Virus record (IMG/VR): IMGVR_UViG_3300045988_183322
Strand: one strand, 5' to 3'
DNA: 64,000 nucleotides
Source of the DNA: a virus
The notes beneath the pieces are model-generated. The model saw only the letters and a program-made list of their open reading frames with translations, was not told the origin of the DNA and searched no databases. Within the stretch, counting starts at the first letter, position 1. The number at the start of each line of letters is the position of its first letter. A program made the position numbers and the translations under genes. Below are positions 38,015 through 48,321 of the stretch, one piece after another.

Positions 38015-38725
38015 TTATTTGATATCATATATCTTTTTCAATAAAGCCGCGCCGTCCTTCTTCATTTCTCGTCTTCTGCTTTTGAGGGTACTTAAAGTTA
38101 TTTTTTTATTGAAACGTTTTTTTGCCTCTTGTATAATTTCTTCATCATTAGCAGATGATATAAAGAATTTTTTGAATAAGAAAAGCTCTAATGGTTCATA
38201 TTCCTTTTCAAGAAGAAGAAGAAATTCATTCAATATCAAATCTTCCATCCCTTCTCCTTCAACTTGTGGAGATATTTCTTCTTCATGGTCAGTCATAGAA
38301 TACGAGACTTTTAAGTCAATGGCATACCTCTTTCCTCTCATCCATTTTTTATACATTGGACATTCAGGTCCAATATTGCCAGAGCGTAAATTACCACACA
38401 ATTCATCTCCTTTATAAAACTCGCATTTTAAACATGGCCGTGCATAATTAGACCAATTGTTTCTAACAATGTTCTTTATTTGGTTAATTGTAATAGTATT
38501 AATCCAAGGTTCCAATGGCTTTGTAGCGTCCCACATATGCCATTTTTTATATATATGAATTCTTATAATTTGTTCAACATCTTCCCATCCCATCCATGTT
38601 ACCCCTTCTAATTGATACCTACGCTTATTTTTTTCTATTACGGCATTAATGCGTGGGTACATAGATTCGTAAGAAGGTTTTTCTTCTTCCATATCAAATT
38701 TTAAATGTGGGATTTTTTCCATCAT
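38015..38725 (-). CDS. hypothetical Cys-containing protein
   Basis: ORF; CLKCEFYKGDELCGNLRSGNIGPECPMY cluster. Confidence 0.3.
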   Translation of the reverse strand: MMEKIPHLKFDMEEEKPSYESMYPRINAVIEKNKRRYQLEGVTWMGWEDVEQIIRIHIYKKWHMWDATKPLEPWINTITINQIKNIVRNNWSNYARPCLKCEFYKGDELCGNLRSGNIGPECPMYKKWMRGKRYAIDLKVSYSMTDHEEEISPQVEGEGMEDLILNEFLLLLEKEYEPLELFLFKKFFISSANDEEIIQEAKKRFNKKITLSTLKSRRREMKKDGAALLKKIYDIK

Positions 38726-38933
38726 CTTTAGCGGATATTTTTATCCTTTTAGAAATATCTCTAATAGACCTTGGATTTCTTCTACGTGCAATATTCTCTT
38801 CTTTCGCTTCGCCTATGTTAATTTTAGGCAAAGAAGCGGCTGATAAATCCTTATTGCATTTATAACAAGCAATAGGTTTCTGAAGAGTATATTCTATTTT
38901 CGCGCCACAATTTCTACAATATAAAATACTCAT
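38694..38933 (-). CDS. small zinc-ribbon protein
   Basis: CRNCGAKI...CYKCNKDL motif pair. Confidence 0.3.
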   Translation of the reverse strand: MSILYCRNCGAKIEYTLQKPIACYKCNKDLSAASLPKINIGEAKEENIARRRNPRSIRDISKRIKISAKDDGKNPTFKI

Positions 38934-38961
38934 TTCTTAATTATATAGAAAATATATATTT

Positions 38962-39801
38962 TTAAACAAGAATTGAGTTTAAATTTAATGAACCTGTTAT
39001 AAATCCTCCTTCATCAACACTTAATTGTTGTGAGCTACAGACACATGGCAAATAACCAGCCTCAGATAAATCAGTAGTATCAATCAATAAACTATTTAAT
39101 GAAAAACATAATTGATTATTAGAAGTTCTGACAACTGTTTCTAAATAAATTTGTTTCCCTTTATAATCAATAAATTCTCCAACTCCACCTACAGCTATTT
39201 GAGCAGTAAGTTCGCTACTAGTTAAGTTGCAACGCATTGGAATTATTTGGCCCGGGGCATAATAAATTTCTCTATTACTATTGATAGTTATTCCTGCTTC
39301 CAAAATATCTAATGATTCACCAATACCATCTAAATGAACCTCAGATTTTGCCCCATTAGCAATATCAAAAACATTTTCGTTTATTGATGTACTTGGTATA
39401 AGGGAAATAGATTCAACATCGTAAGCTTTACAAGCTACAGACAATATTACAGGTTGAAATGGTGAAACTGTATAATTTACAGAATCAATGTAGCAATAAT
39501 TAATTATAGTTTCTCCTATCTTCAAAGAAAAACCATTATCTTGTTGCGCTAGTTTGCATAAAAGTATTATAGTGTCCAAAGATGGGTCTATATAAAGATT
39601 CATGGAAATAGATACCTCTTTATTAGCAGTCGGCGTATATTGAACATGATGAGTTTTCTTCCCCAAAATTCTATATTGATTAATAGATGCTGTATTCTCA
39701 AAAGAGAAATCTTTCGCTAAAGCGAAACTCCTTTTTGTGCTTCCATTAGGATTTGTTGTTATAATGTAGATTGGTACATTAGTATATTTTTCAAACGCCA
39801 T
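38962..39801 (-). CDS. hypothetical protein
   Basis: ORF only. Confidence 0.3.
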   Translation of the reverse strand: MAFEKYTNVPIYIITTNPNGSTKRSFALAKDFSFENTASINQYRILGKKTHHVQYTPTANKEVSISMNLYIDPSLDTIILLCKLAQQDNGFSLKIGETIINYCYIDSVNYTVSPFQPVILSVACKAYDVESISLIPSTSINENVFDIANGAKSEVHLDGIGESLDILEAGITINSNREIYYAPGQIIPMRCNLTSSELTAQIAVGGVGEFIDYKGKQIYLETVVRTSNNQLCFSLNSLLIDTTDLSEAGYLPCVCSSQQLSVDEGGFITGSLNLNSILV

Positions 39802-39802
39802 T

Positions 39803-40429
39803 TTATAATCCTATTTTTTCGTTTTCTGCAATCAGGGACAAAATATTAAATTCTCTTTCGTTATCAATTTGCAAATTATAAGGAAATTCATTTTCTACTA
39901 TAGACATTTTTTCTGTGAGAAGAAATCTTTCTTTCCTATAATCTTCTACATTTCTACAAATTATATTTCCATCATGAAAATAAAAATATTTTTCTGTTTC
40001 TTCACTTAAATCATTCCGATAAATTTTTCCTCCTAATAACCCAACGAGTTTTATTTTTTGAACAGTGAAATTTCCGTATTCTCCAATCTCATTCATCATT
40101 TTTTTTAAGAGTCCCTGTTTTCTAATTGGAGAACTTGGTTGGAGAAGACAAAATTTTTTAATTTTATTGTGCTCACTCAATACTTCATCAATAAGATATT
40201 CCATTCGAAAATCTTCATGTTTACTTTCTTTGAAACAGGGCAATCCTTCTCTGCGTGCAGTCCTCAATATATCTTCATTTTCAGAAACTACTAGTGGCAT
40301 AATTCCCTCTCGGATTGCATAATAAGCACTTTTTAAAAAAATAGGAATACCATTATGTTCTCTTATATTTTTATTATGGCATCTTCTAGAAAATCCTTTT
40401 GCAGGAATAATAGCTACTGTTTCCATCAT
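39803..40429 (-). CDS. CMP-sugar cytidylyltransferase (NeuA/KdsB/PseF family)
   Basis: N-terminal AIIPAKGFSRRCHNKNI matches the acylneuraminate/CMP-Kdo cytidylyltransferase signature IIPAR.GSK.I..KN. Confidence 0.6.
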   Translation of the reverse strand: MMETVAIIPAKGFSRRCHNKNIREHNGIPIFLKSAYYAIREGIMPLVVSENEDILRTARREGLPCFKESKHEDFRMEYLIDEVLSEHNKIKKFCLLQPSSPIRKQGLLKKMMNEIGEYGNFTVQKIKLVGLLGGKIYRNDLSEETEKYFYFHDGNIICRNVEDYRKERFLLTEKMSIVENEFPYNLQIDNEREFNILSLIAENEKIGL

Positions 40430-40512
40430 GGGATATTACACTAATATTAAAAGATGTCTAAACTCAGTTTATTTACATAAAAACTGCTATTTCTGTAATC
40501 AATAATAGTGTT

Positions 40513-41175
40513 ATGGCTTATAATATCTTTATCCAAAAACAAAAAAACAAATATTGTGTAGTTTTTCCTAAATGTGGATGGACTTTATTCCATACTCATT
40601 GCAGGGGGCAAGCAAATTTTATATATGTCAATAGCAATCAATTTCCTGCGCAAAAGGTGCACATAGACGCTTTTTTTATCAGACATCCAGTAGATAGAAT
40701 TATTTCAGGATTTAAAAATAAGTATTTAGATAATCCAGATAAAGATATATGGACAAGAGACTGGCTAATAAAAATAATGAATTTACAGACGAAAGAGCAA
40801 ATTAAGAATATATCATTCGACCAATTTTTAGATAGATTACAAGAATTAGTTTTTTTTGGTCAAAATGATTTCAAGACTGTTTTTTTTAGAAGTAATGCTC
40901 CTGATAATTATTGGGACACCCATTTCTGTCCATTATCTTACCAATTAAGATTCTTTCCACAAAAAGAAATGAACTTTTTTGATATTAGAAAAGATTTAGA
41001 TTATCTAGATTATTTAGGAATAAATTACTCTATTAAACATAATTCGTCTTCTCATATTGCTTTTGAAGCAACACCTGAACAAAAAAAAAGAATAGAAGAA
41101 ATTTACAAAGATGATATGATATTATATAAAAAATATGAAAAAGATAGAGCTAATCGGCAAATAATAAGCTCATAA
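40513..41175 (+). CDS. sulfotransferase (PAPS-dependent)
   Basis: 5'-PSB-like VVFPKCGWTLF (PKSGTTW) and 3'-PB-like RHPVDRIISGF (RNPKDVAVSYY) motifs. Confidence 0.6.
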   Translation: MAYNIFIQKQKNKYCVVFPKCGWTLFHTHCRGQANFIYVNSNQFPAQKVHIDAFFIRHPVDRIISGFKNKYLDNPDKDIWTRDWLIKIMNLQTKEQIKNISFDQFLDRLQELVFFGQNDFKTVFFRSNAPDNYWDTHFCPLSYQLRFFPQKEMNFFDIRKDLDYLDYLGINYSIKHNSSSHIAFEATPEQKKRIEEIYKDDMILYKKYEKDRANRQIISS

Positions 41176-41194
41176 AATTTAAGAATCCATAACA

Positions 41195-42007
41195 ATGAAA
41201 GATATAGAAAAAATAGCTTTTGATGTGATAACAGAAGCTTATAGAAAAGCTTCTAATTTAACCCTGCTATGTTCTTTTGGGAAAGATAGCCAAGTATTAC
41301 TTCATATGTTGGAAATGCATGATTTTCTTAAGAGAACGAAAATATTGTACATAGATTCAACCTTTGAATTCAAGGAGCTTTATGAACATAAAGATTTCTT
41401 ATTGAAAAAATATGATATTTCCTATAGGAATTTTATCGTAGCAAAAAATAAAGAATCTATTGCTGATGGATTAAATTATGATAATACTTCTATTTTTGAG
41501 CTGACAGAAAAATTAAAAACGATACCTCTCAATCAATCAATCAATCAACATAATATTGACTTTCTCATTACTGGAATAAGAAGAGATGAAGAAGGTTCTC
41601 GAGCTAAAGAAAGATATTTTAGCGTTCGTGACGAAAATGGAAGATATAATCCTATTGACAATAAGCCGGAGTTTTTCCCAATCTTAGGCAAAAACTTATA
41701 TCCTCTCAAAAATGGCGGTCATTATAGAGTTAATCCTCTTCTTGACTGGACGGAATATGATATATGGGAATATATTAACGAATATGGATTGAAGGTGTGC
41801 CCTTTGTATTTTTCGGAGAATGGTAAAAGGTATCGGTCTTTAGGAGATGCCCCTGTGACAACTCCTATAGAATCTAATGCTTGCACCCCAGAAGAAATTA
41901 TATTAGAATTGGCGGCAACAAAAACGCCAGAAAGAGCGAGTAGAGCACCCCAAGACAATGCTACTCCTTATTGTATGGAAAAATTAAGACAAAATGGATT
42001 TTGTTAA
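41195..42007 (+). CDS. cysD: sulfate adenylyltransferase subunit 2 (CysD/NodP-like, PAPS reductase fold)
   Basis: PP-loop LCSFGKDSQVLLHM and GIRRDEEGSRAKERYFSVRDENGRYNP...W matching the CysD core RRDEE.SRAKER.FSFRD. Confidence 0.8.
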   Translation: MKDIEKIAFDVITEAYRKASNLTLLCSFGKDSQVLLHMLEMHDFLKRTKILYIDSTFEFKELYEHKDFLLKKYDISYRNFIVAKNKESIADGLNYDNTSIFELTEKLKTIPLNQSINQHNIDFLITGIRRDEEGSRAKERYFSVRDENGRYNPIDNKPEFFPILGKNLYPLKNGGHYRVNPLLDWTEYDIWEYINEYGLKVCPLYFSENGKRYRSLGDAPVTTPIESNACTPEEIILELAATKTPERASRAPQDNATPYCMEKLRQNGFC

Positions 42008-42711
42008 TGAGAAAGAAAATTTATATAGTAGTTTGCGGATTAGTCGATAGCGGAAAATCTTCTTTCATTAGAAAGGCGACGGAGTTTATTGCTGGTAGAG
42101 AATTGAATCCTGATGCACTCTGTGTCGAACAAGAAACTGGAAAAACGATAGTTAATACAAAGGTATCTTGCCCTCTTAATAACAAAGAAGAAATAGTATT
42201 TATTGATTGCCCCGGGCATTTGGAATATTATCCAGAAATAATTTCCGCCTTTTGCATGGCTGATGCGGCTATTCTCATTAAAGATGGAAAGAGATTGGAA
42301 GAATCAGAAGATTATCTGGAAGAAATTAGGTTAGATTTATTGAAGCTTAATATCCCTATCATTGGAGAATATACTTCTCACTCTTTATTCCATGATAGAT
42401 ATTCTTATGAAATTGAAGAAGAAATTACCTTTTCAAAAGTTTGCAATGATTTTCTCAAAAAAATAGATATATTTACAAATGATTTTAATGTGGTATTTTT
42501 TGAAGATAATTGGGGAATAAATAAAAAGGTATGTTTGTACTCTGAGACTGGAATAATTATCTCCGATATAGCTTGGGGTGATTGGGAAGATATCAAATAT
42601 GCAGTTCAAGAGTTTGATATTTCATCTGAAAAAAATGTATCTCGAAGAATATTAGTTTGCGATGCAGAAGATAAATCTAAAATATTGGGACTTATAATTA
42701 TTCGACGATGA
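42007..42711 (+). CDS. CysN/EF-Tu-like GTPase, G-domain only (truncated sulfate adenylyltransferase subunit 1 homolog)
   Basis: G1 VVCGLVDSGKSS, G3 DCPGH; only about 235 aa (no domains II/III); TAATG overlap with cysD stop. The ORF-track start 41971 is upstream. Confidence 0.55.
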   Translation: MRKKIYIVVCGLVDSGKSSFIRKATEFIAGRELNPDALCVEQETGKTIVNTKVSCPLNNKEEIVFIDCPGHLEYYPEIISAFCMADAAILIKDGKRLEESEDYLEEIRLDLLKLNIPIIGEYTSHSLFHDRYSYEIEEEITFSKVCNDFLKKIDIFTNDFNVVFFEDNWGINKKVCLYSETGIIISDIAWGDWEDIKYAVQEFDISSEKNVSRRILVCDAEDKSKILGLIIIRR

Positions 42712-43172
42712 TTCTACTTTTAACTGGGAAAAGCGGTGCTGGTAAAACTACTATAGCGAAAGGGATGGCTTGTATTTATCAGAATGTTGTGCTTTTAGAT
42801 GGGGACGAACTAAGAGAGGGCTTAAATTCTGACCTTGGATTTTCTGATGAAGACATAATGGAAAATATGAGAAGAGTTTCTTCTTTAGCGAAACTTCTTT
42901 CAGAACAAAAATATTTTGTTGTTGTCTCTATGATTGCGCCCCTTTTAGAGGGAAGGAAAATGTTTAAGGGGGAAGACTCTTGGGAAATCCTTATTCAACA
43001 ATCAAAATGCGAAGAAAGGGACGTGAAAGGGCTTTATAAGAAAGGAACCCAATTTAGAGAATATGAAATGGGCGGTGCAGACTACGTTCTCAATGTGGAT
43101 GAAAAATTTGTTCGAGATTGTATTTGGGAAATAGAAGTAAATACTTTTGGTAGTGAAAAATCTGACTGGTAA
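42708..43172 (+). CDS. cysC: adenylylsulfate (APS) kinase
   Basis: LLLTGKSGAGKTTIA P-loop and LDGDELREGLNSDLGFSDEDIMENMRRV, characteristic of CysC. Confidence 0.8.
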   Translation: MILLLTGKSGAGKTTIAKGMACIYQNVVLLDGDELREGLNSDLGFSDEDIMENMRRVSSLAKLLSEQKYFVVVSMIAPLLEGRKMFKGEDSWEILIQQSKCEERDVKGLYKKGTQFREYEMGGADYVLNVDEKFVRDCIWEIEVNTFGSEKSDW

Positions 43173-43422
43173 CGAAAGACGATATTATAGAATAAAAAAC
43201 TCTCTTAGTTGGTTAAATGAACCACCCGGTGCGATGTTGGAGCAACTAAGAAGAAATCACAAAGAATTCAAAATTCTTGGAAAGATTCCAGAAAATAATT
43301 TCGGCAAAAAAGTTCCTCCTGAATTTAAACGTTTAATGCAAGAGTTGAGAGATGATATGGAAAAAGCACAAAAGTTTGTTAAGGAAATGGAAGAGAAAGG
43401 GTATGGGGTGGATAAAAGATAG
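43147..43422 (+). CDS. hypothetical protein
   Basis: ORF only. Confidence 0.25.
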   Translation: MVVKNLTGNERRYYRIKNSLSWLNEPPGAMLEQLRRNHKEFKILGKIPENNFGKKVPPEFKRLMQELRDDMEKAQKFVKEMEEKGYGVDKR

Positions 43423-43590
43423 AATAGATGATTTATTGTTCCCTTTTAAAAGAAAGAAAAATAATTCAACAAATGATAGATGGATTAAAAAGGAAATACG
43501 CAATAAACCTTACAAAAAGAACGATGAAGATTCTTAGAGTCTTGGTATGCTATTGAATTTTTCTATAAAATTTTAGCACTACGTATTCTA

Positions 43591-43941
43591 TCATGGACGC
43601 TGAATTACTTCTACAATATGCTCTTGAGCATTAATAGTAATAATAAGATTTGCTTTTCTATAGTCTTTAGTGGCATTAGCTTGATAGTCTATGTTTAACG
43701 CATAATAATGAAGATTATCCATATCTGACCCACCTAGTAGCTCTATTTTAAGCCAACTTTCCGAAGATACAGCAGTAATATCTGTACAGTCAGATGTCAA
43801 AGTTTGGGAGATTGACCCGGAGTAACGAGATAACTCAGGAATCGTGGGTGTTTCAACAAATCCATCAATGATGACTATATCTAAATTCCCTTTGTCAGGA
43901 TGTTGAATAATTCCTTCTTTTTTCAAATTTTCGTATCTCAT
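43591..43941 (-). CDS. hypothetical protein
   Basis: ORF only. Confidence 0.3.
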   Translation of the reverse strand: MRYENLKKEGIIQHPDKGNLDIVIIDGFVETPTIPELSRYSGSISQTLTSDCTDITAVSSESWLKIELLGGSDMDNLHYYALNIDYQANATKDYRKANLIITINAQEHIVEVIQRP

Positions 43942-43999
43942 GATTTAAAATATATAAACTAAATCTTTCTTTTCTTTGATATTCGTGTTGTTGGGAGAA

Positions 44000-44194
44000 T
44001 TATCGCGGCTGTTCCGTTTGGGCGGAGCAGGAACAGGGGCGGCCCGGTTCCACGAAGTGGACGCGGTCATGAAACTCGCCCTGTTTGCCGGCGTTGAAAG
44101 TTTCCACAGGGCGGTGATAGCCCATGACGCGCGTGTAAACGGTGCAGCGGGTCCGGTCCTGTGCGTATTTGCTTAATATTTCCTGTTTGGTCAT
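44000..44194 (-). CDS. small protein resembling the C-terminal glycyl-radical domain of anaerobic ribonucleotide reductase NrdD (GC-rich island)
   Basis: TRVMGYHRPVETFNAGKQGEFHDRVHF fits the NrdD C-terminal consensus RV.GY......N.GK..EF..R..H (glycyl radical site). About 60% GC over 43985-44175 in a 30% GC genome. Confidence 0.35.
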   Translation of the reverse strand: MTKQEILSKYAQDRTRCTVYTRVMGYHRPVETFNAGKQGEFHDRVHFVEPGRPCSCSAQTEQPR

Positions 44195-44445
44195 TGTCGT
44201 ATTAATGGTTGGGTTTGAAGTCGGGCATCTATTAAAAAAAGGATTTTTTTGTCAAACTTTTTTAGATGCACTAAGTATTTTTCTAGTTTCTTCAGATTGA
44301 CTTTTTCTCGTAGTTTCAGTTTTAATTCTTTTATGGAAACTTCTTCTAATGGCTCTTCTGATTTATTTAGAGAATCGTAGCATATAGCTTCTACAACAAC
44401 ATATTCGCCTTCCTCATACTCTACGTCATTTATTTCAACTTTCAT
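44191..44445 (-). CDS. hypothetical protein
   Basis: ORF only. Confidence 0.25.
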   Translation of the reverse strand: MKVEINDVEYEEGEYVVVEAICYDSLNKSEEPLEEVSIKELKLKLREKVNLKKLEKYLVHLKKFDKKILFLIDARLQTQPLIRQ

Positions 44446-44455
44446 ACTAATATGA

Positions 44456-44854
44456 TTACATTATCCATGAAGGTTTTTTCACCTCTGTAACAACAATAGT
44501 TTGTAGCCATTCAGGCGGCTCTATTTGATTCCAATGATGCTTTATCCAAACAGGTTCAATATTGGTATATTTTTTCAAATTAATACATAACTCAAAGTCA
44601 TCATCAAAATGTTTTGTTACAGGAGTATTTAAATGAGTGAGCCAAAAAACTTTAGATTCTCTTCCAGTAGCGAATATTCTTATGTCAGGGAAAAATTCTC
44701 TGACTATACTTAATTCATATTCGTATCTATACGTCGTAATACAAAGTTCCGCTCCAGTTTTCTTCATATTAGAGAAAAGCTTATAAGTATTTCCTATAAG
44801 ATTCTCCTTGTGTGGATTGTATAAAGTATAATCAAAATCCCAAGAAATCATCAC
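44456..44854 (-). CDS. HAD-superfamily hydrolase-like protein (possible 5'(3')-deoxyribonucleotidase)
   Basis: N-terminal ISWDFDYTL matches HAD motif I (DxDxT); small size typical of phage NT5C-like enzymes. Confidence 0.4.
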   Translation of the reverse strand: MMISWDFDYTLYNPHKENLIGNTYKLFSNMKKTGAELCITTYRYEYELSIVREFFPDIRIFATGRESKVFWLTHLNTPVTKHFDDDFELCINLKKYTNIEPVWIKHHWNQIEPPEWLQTIVVTEVKKPSWIM

Positions 44855-44891
44855 TTAAATCTTTTAGTTTTAAAGTTGTTCCTCATATGAA

Positions 44892-45470
44892 CTATTCATT
44901 TCTAATTAAAAAATCTTCTATCATCGAAGTTGTGGCAACAAAAATATCTGTTCCATTTTTCTTTAAAATACTGGATATATCTTCTCGATAGTGTTCTATT
45001 TTTATTAAAGGAAATAATACTTCATTAATAGATTTTTCAATATTTTTAAAAGCTAATTTGCATTTCTTTAAATATCCTTCGTCGCGTTTATAGTAATCCT
45101 TAACCGTTTTTTTTGAAATAGAAAAAGGACAATTTATTGTAAAAGAATATTCTTTAATATTATCATTTTCGAAATTTAAAGAAAAACCTTTTAAAGAATC
45201 AGACTCGTCATCTCTATAATGAATTCCTGCCCGACCGAATCCATTATATTTATCTAAGATTTCAAGAGCAATAGACTCAATTAAAATTACTTCTTCTTTA
45301 TTATTAAAAGTTTTAACTTTTTCGCTCGAATTGAATTCTTGAAGAAATTTTTCCCAAAAATTCGTTCTCACTTCATAGATTTTTATGAGTTTTTCAATTC
45401 TTTCTTCTGAATCGGCAATATATCTTTTTGCCCATTCGTCTTTTTCAATTTTCATTTTTCCAGTATTCAT
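44892..45470 (-). CDS. hypothetical protein
   Basis: ORF only. Confidence 0.3.
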   Translation of the reverse strand: MNTGKMKIEKDEWAKRYIADSEERIEKLIKIYEVRTNFWEKFLQEFNSSEKVKTFNNKEEVILIESIALEILDKYNGFGRAGIHYRDDESDSLKGFSLNFENDNIKEYSFTINCPFSISKKTVKDYYKRDEGYLKKCKLAFKNIEKSINEVLFPLIKIEHYREDISSILKKNGTDIFVATTSMIEDFLIRNE

Positions 45471-45681
45471 TTATACGATTGATAACTTCTTCATTATTAT
45501 TTTTCGACATTTCAAAACACAATTCTTCATCAGATAAAGATTTAAAGATTAGATTGCATCCATCTTTTTCGACTAAATAAAATTGCTCTTTATTAAAATT
45601 TGCCTCAATTTTTTTATTTCTTATATTGACCCAAAAATAGGTTCCATCTTTTAAGTATATTTTTAATTTATTATTTTTCAT
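45445..45681 (-). CDS. hypothetical protein
   Basis: ORF only. Confidence 0.25.
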   Translation of the reverse strand: MKNNKLKIYLKDGTYFWVNIRNKKIEANFNKEQFYLVEKDGCNLIFKSLSDEELCFEMSKNNNEEVINRINEYWKNEN

Positions 45682-45913
45682 GATTTGCTGGGCACATTGA
45701 ATTCTTTTGGATTGGTTTGTTTATATTAAAGAAACAACCTCTACATTTATCGGTTAAATGTTTACACAAAGTGCATCGTATTGCGCTAAAAATAGAAAGA
45801 ATAAACATAACAAATGAAATAAGTAAGATAACCCCTATTTCTAATGCTAATATAACTACCGATATGAAGGAAAATATCTCCACTATATCTCCTATTATAT
45901 CTAGAAATACCAT
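45671..45913 (-). CDS. small membrane protein with C-terminal CxxC...CxxC
   Basis: Hydrophobic stretch; CTLCKHLTDKCRGC. Confidence 0.3.
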   Translation of the reverse strand: MVFLDIIGDIVEIFSFISVVILALEIGVILLISFVMFILSIFSAIRCTLCKHLTDKCRGCFFNINKPIQKNSMCPANHEK

Positions 45914-46248
45914 TATCTCATTATATTAAATCTCTTAATCAAAGAATCGTTTGAAATATAATCTTCTTCTCTCTCTAAAAAGAAGAGAAGTTCCTGTAAA
46001 GCCTCAGCAATATCTTTTCCTAAACTACAATGCGAATCTTTGTTCTTATTAAAAATTTGTTTGAGTTCTTCAATATTAGGTTTGAAAGATTCTACGCTTT
46101 TTGAATTTAAATAAACTTCATTTCTTTCTGTCTTATAAAGAAACAAAAGATACAAGCAGTCTAAAATATACTGAGGATAAGAAGGGTTAGGCTCTTCTAC
46201 AATCCATTCATAACTAACGATTAAGTCTTTAATTTTTTTAATTTCCAT
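45913..46248 (-). CDS. hypothetical protein
   Basis: ORF only. Confidence 0.3.
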   Translation of the reverse strand: MEIKKIKDLIVSYEWIVEEPNPSYPQYILDCLYLLFLYKTERNEVYLNSKSVESFKPNIEELKQIFNKNKDSHCSLGKDIAEALQELLFFLEREEDYISNDSLIKRFNIMR

Positions 46249-46264
46249 GCTATTGATAATTATA

Positions 46265-47383
46265 TTATTTCTTTTCCAATAAAAACAAGTATTCAGCTAT
46301 CTTGGCGGCTCTATTTCGAAGATTGCGGCAAGCACGGAATGTATTATATACTGTTTCGAATGAGGTAACTTTACCTATTTTGGAGAGGAAGTTGATAAAG
46401 TCGTTGTATTTCACAAATCCCTCTGAATTATAAGATATTAGGATGAACTTTGCGGGGCAGGCTTGGACGGTTGAAAACAATTCATTCTGAGCTGATTGGC
46501 GTTTATTATAGAGAGAACGGTTCCAGTCGTCAGGGATTCCAGAAACTCGGGAAAATGACAGTGGTTTTTTATTATTTGCTATTAAATTGAGCATGAAATA
46601 ATTTGAGCCATAGGGGTGTTGGTTATAAGGAGGGTCCATGTAAGCCAAATCTATTTCTTGAATACTTTTCACAGCTCTTGCCGCATCCATTTGTGTTACT
46701 TTGTATTCGCATTCAAAATTAGAAAATACGGGTAATTCGAGGCAAATATCCTTCATTATTCTAGTTAGTGCATTTTTCCCATGTCCCCCAAACTGCCCAA
46801 TCCCTTCGTGATTTTTATAGAACCCCTTGAAAACACCTGATGTATTGTTGTGCACAGAGGCTTCATACAACAGTGGAGCTAAAAAATATTTTTTAAGTTT
46901 TTGTGGTAATGTTTCAATAATACTTCTGGCCGTGTCAATATACATTGCATTTCTTCTTGTATAAAAAACACGGTCGTATTTATTTATATCATTTTCATCT
47001 TTAGGTGCGTATAAATCAGTAATAAATCCCTCCTTCCACTCTTTTTTAATTCTCTGTTTCACATCGATAAGAGTGCTTTCTAATAAATTCCAGTCAATAG
47101 TACTACGATTAGACAAGTAACATTTGTTAATTAAATATGAATAGTCCTCTAAATCATTTGCATAAATTGTCTGCGAATGCTGTTTCAGAAAACGCGCTAC
47201 AATTCCCGAACCGGAGAAAACATCAAAAAACGTCAATTTACTTTTGCCTAACCTTTTCTTTACTTCGTCTACAGCGTTTCCAATAAATGGCAATAGAGAC
47301 CTCTTATTCCCTATATAAGTAATAATTTGTTTCGTTAAATATTCCTCGTTTTCCATAGAATTTAGGTGCGGACAAGTTGCCAT
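46265..47383 (-). CDS. DNA N6-adenine methyltransferase (Dam-like, D12 class)
   Basis: YIGNKRSLLPFI, FDVFSGSGIV (AdoMet motif I) and AYMDPPY (DPPY catalytic motif). Confidence 0.75.
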   Translation of the reverse strand: MATCPHLNSMENEEYLTKQIITYIGNKRSLLPFIGNAVDEVKKRLGKSKLTFFDVFSGSGIVARFLKQHSQTIYANDLEDYSYLINKCYLSNRSTIDWNLLESTLIDVKQRIKKEWKEGFITDLYAPKDENDINKYDRVFYTRRNAMYIDTARSIIETLPQKLKKYFLAPLLYEASVHNNTSGVFKGFYKNHEGIGQFGGHGKNALTRIMKDICLELPVFSNFECEYKVTQMDAARAVKSIQEIDLAYMDPPYNQHPYGSNYFMLNLIANNKKPLSFSRVSGIPDDWNRSLYNKRQSAQNELFSTVQACPAKFILISYNSEGFVKYNDFINFLSKIGKVTSFETVYNTFRACRNLRNRAAKIAEYLFLLEKK

Positions 47384-47494
47384 GTTTATACAAATTCGGT
47401 TCTCTTCTTCTGCTTCCTACCAATTATAAAATTTTTCTTGGGAAAGAGACTTATCATGAATGAAGCATATACCATCTTTTCTGAAAGTCAACAA

Positions 47495-48319
<825 letters not shown>

Positions 48320-48321
48320 AC

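Noticed and set aside
43976-44176. 66-aa plus-strand ORF in GC-rich island
   Set aside because: GC-rich DNA gives open frames on both strands. Only the minus-strand product shows recognisable (NrdD C-terminal) motifs.
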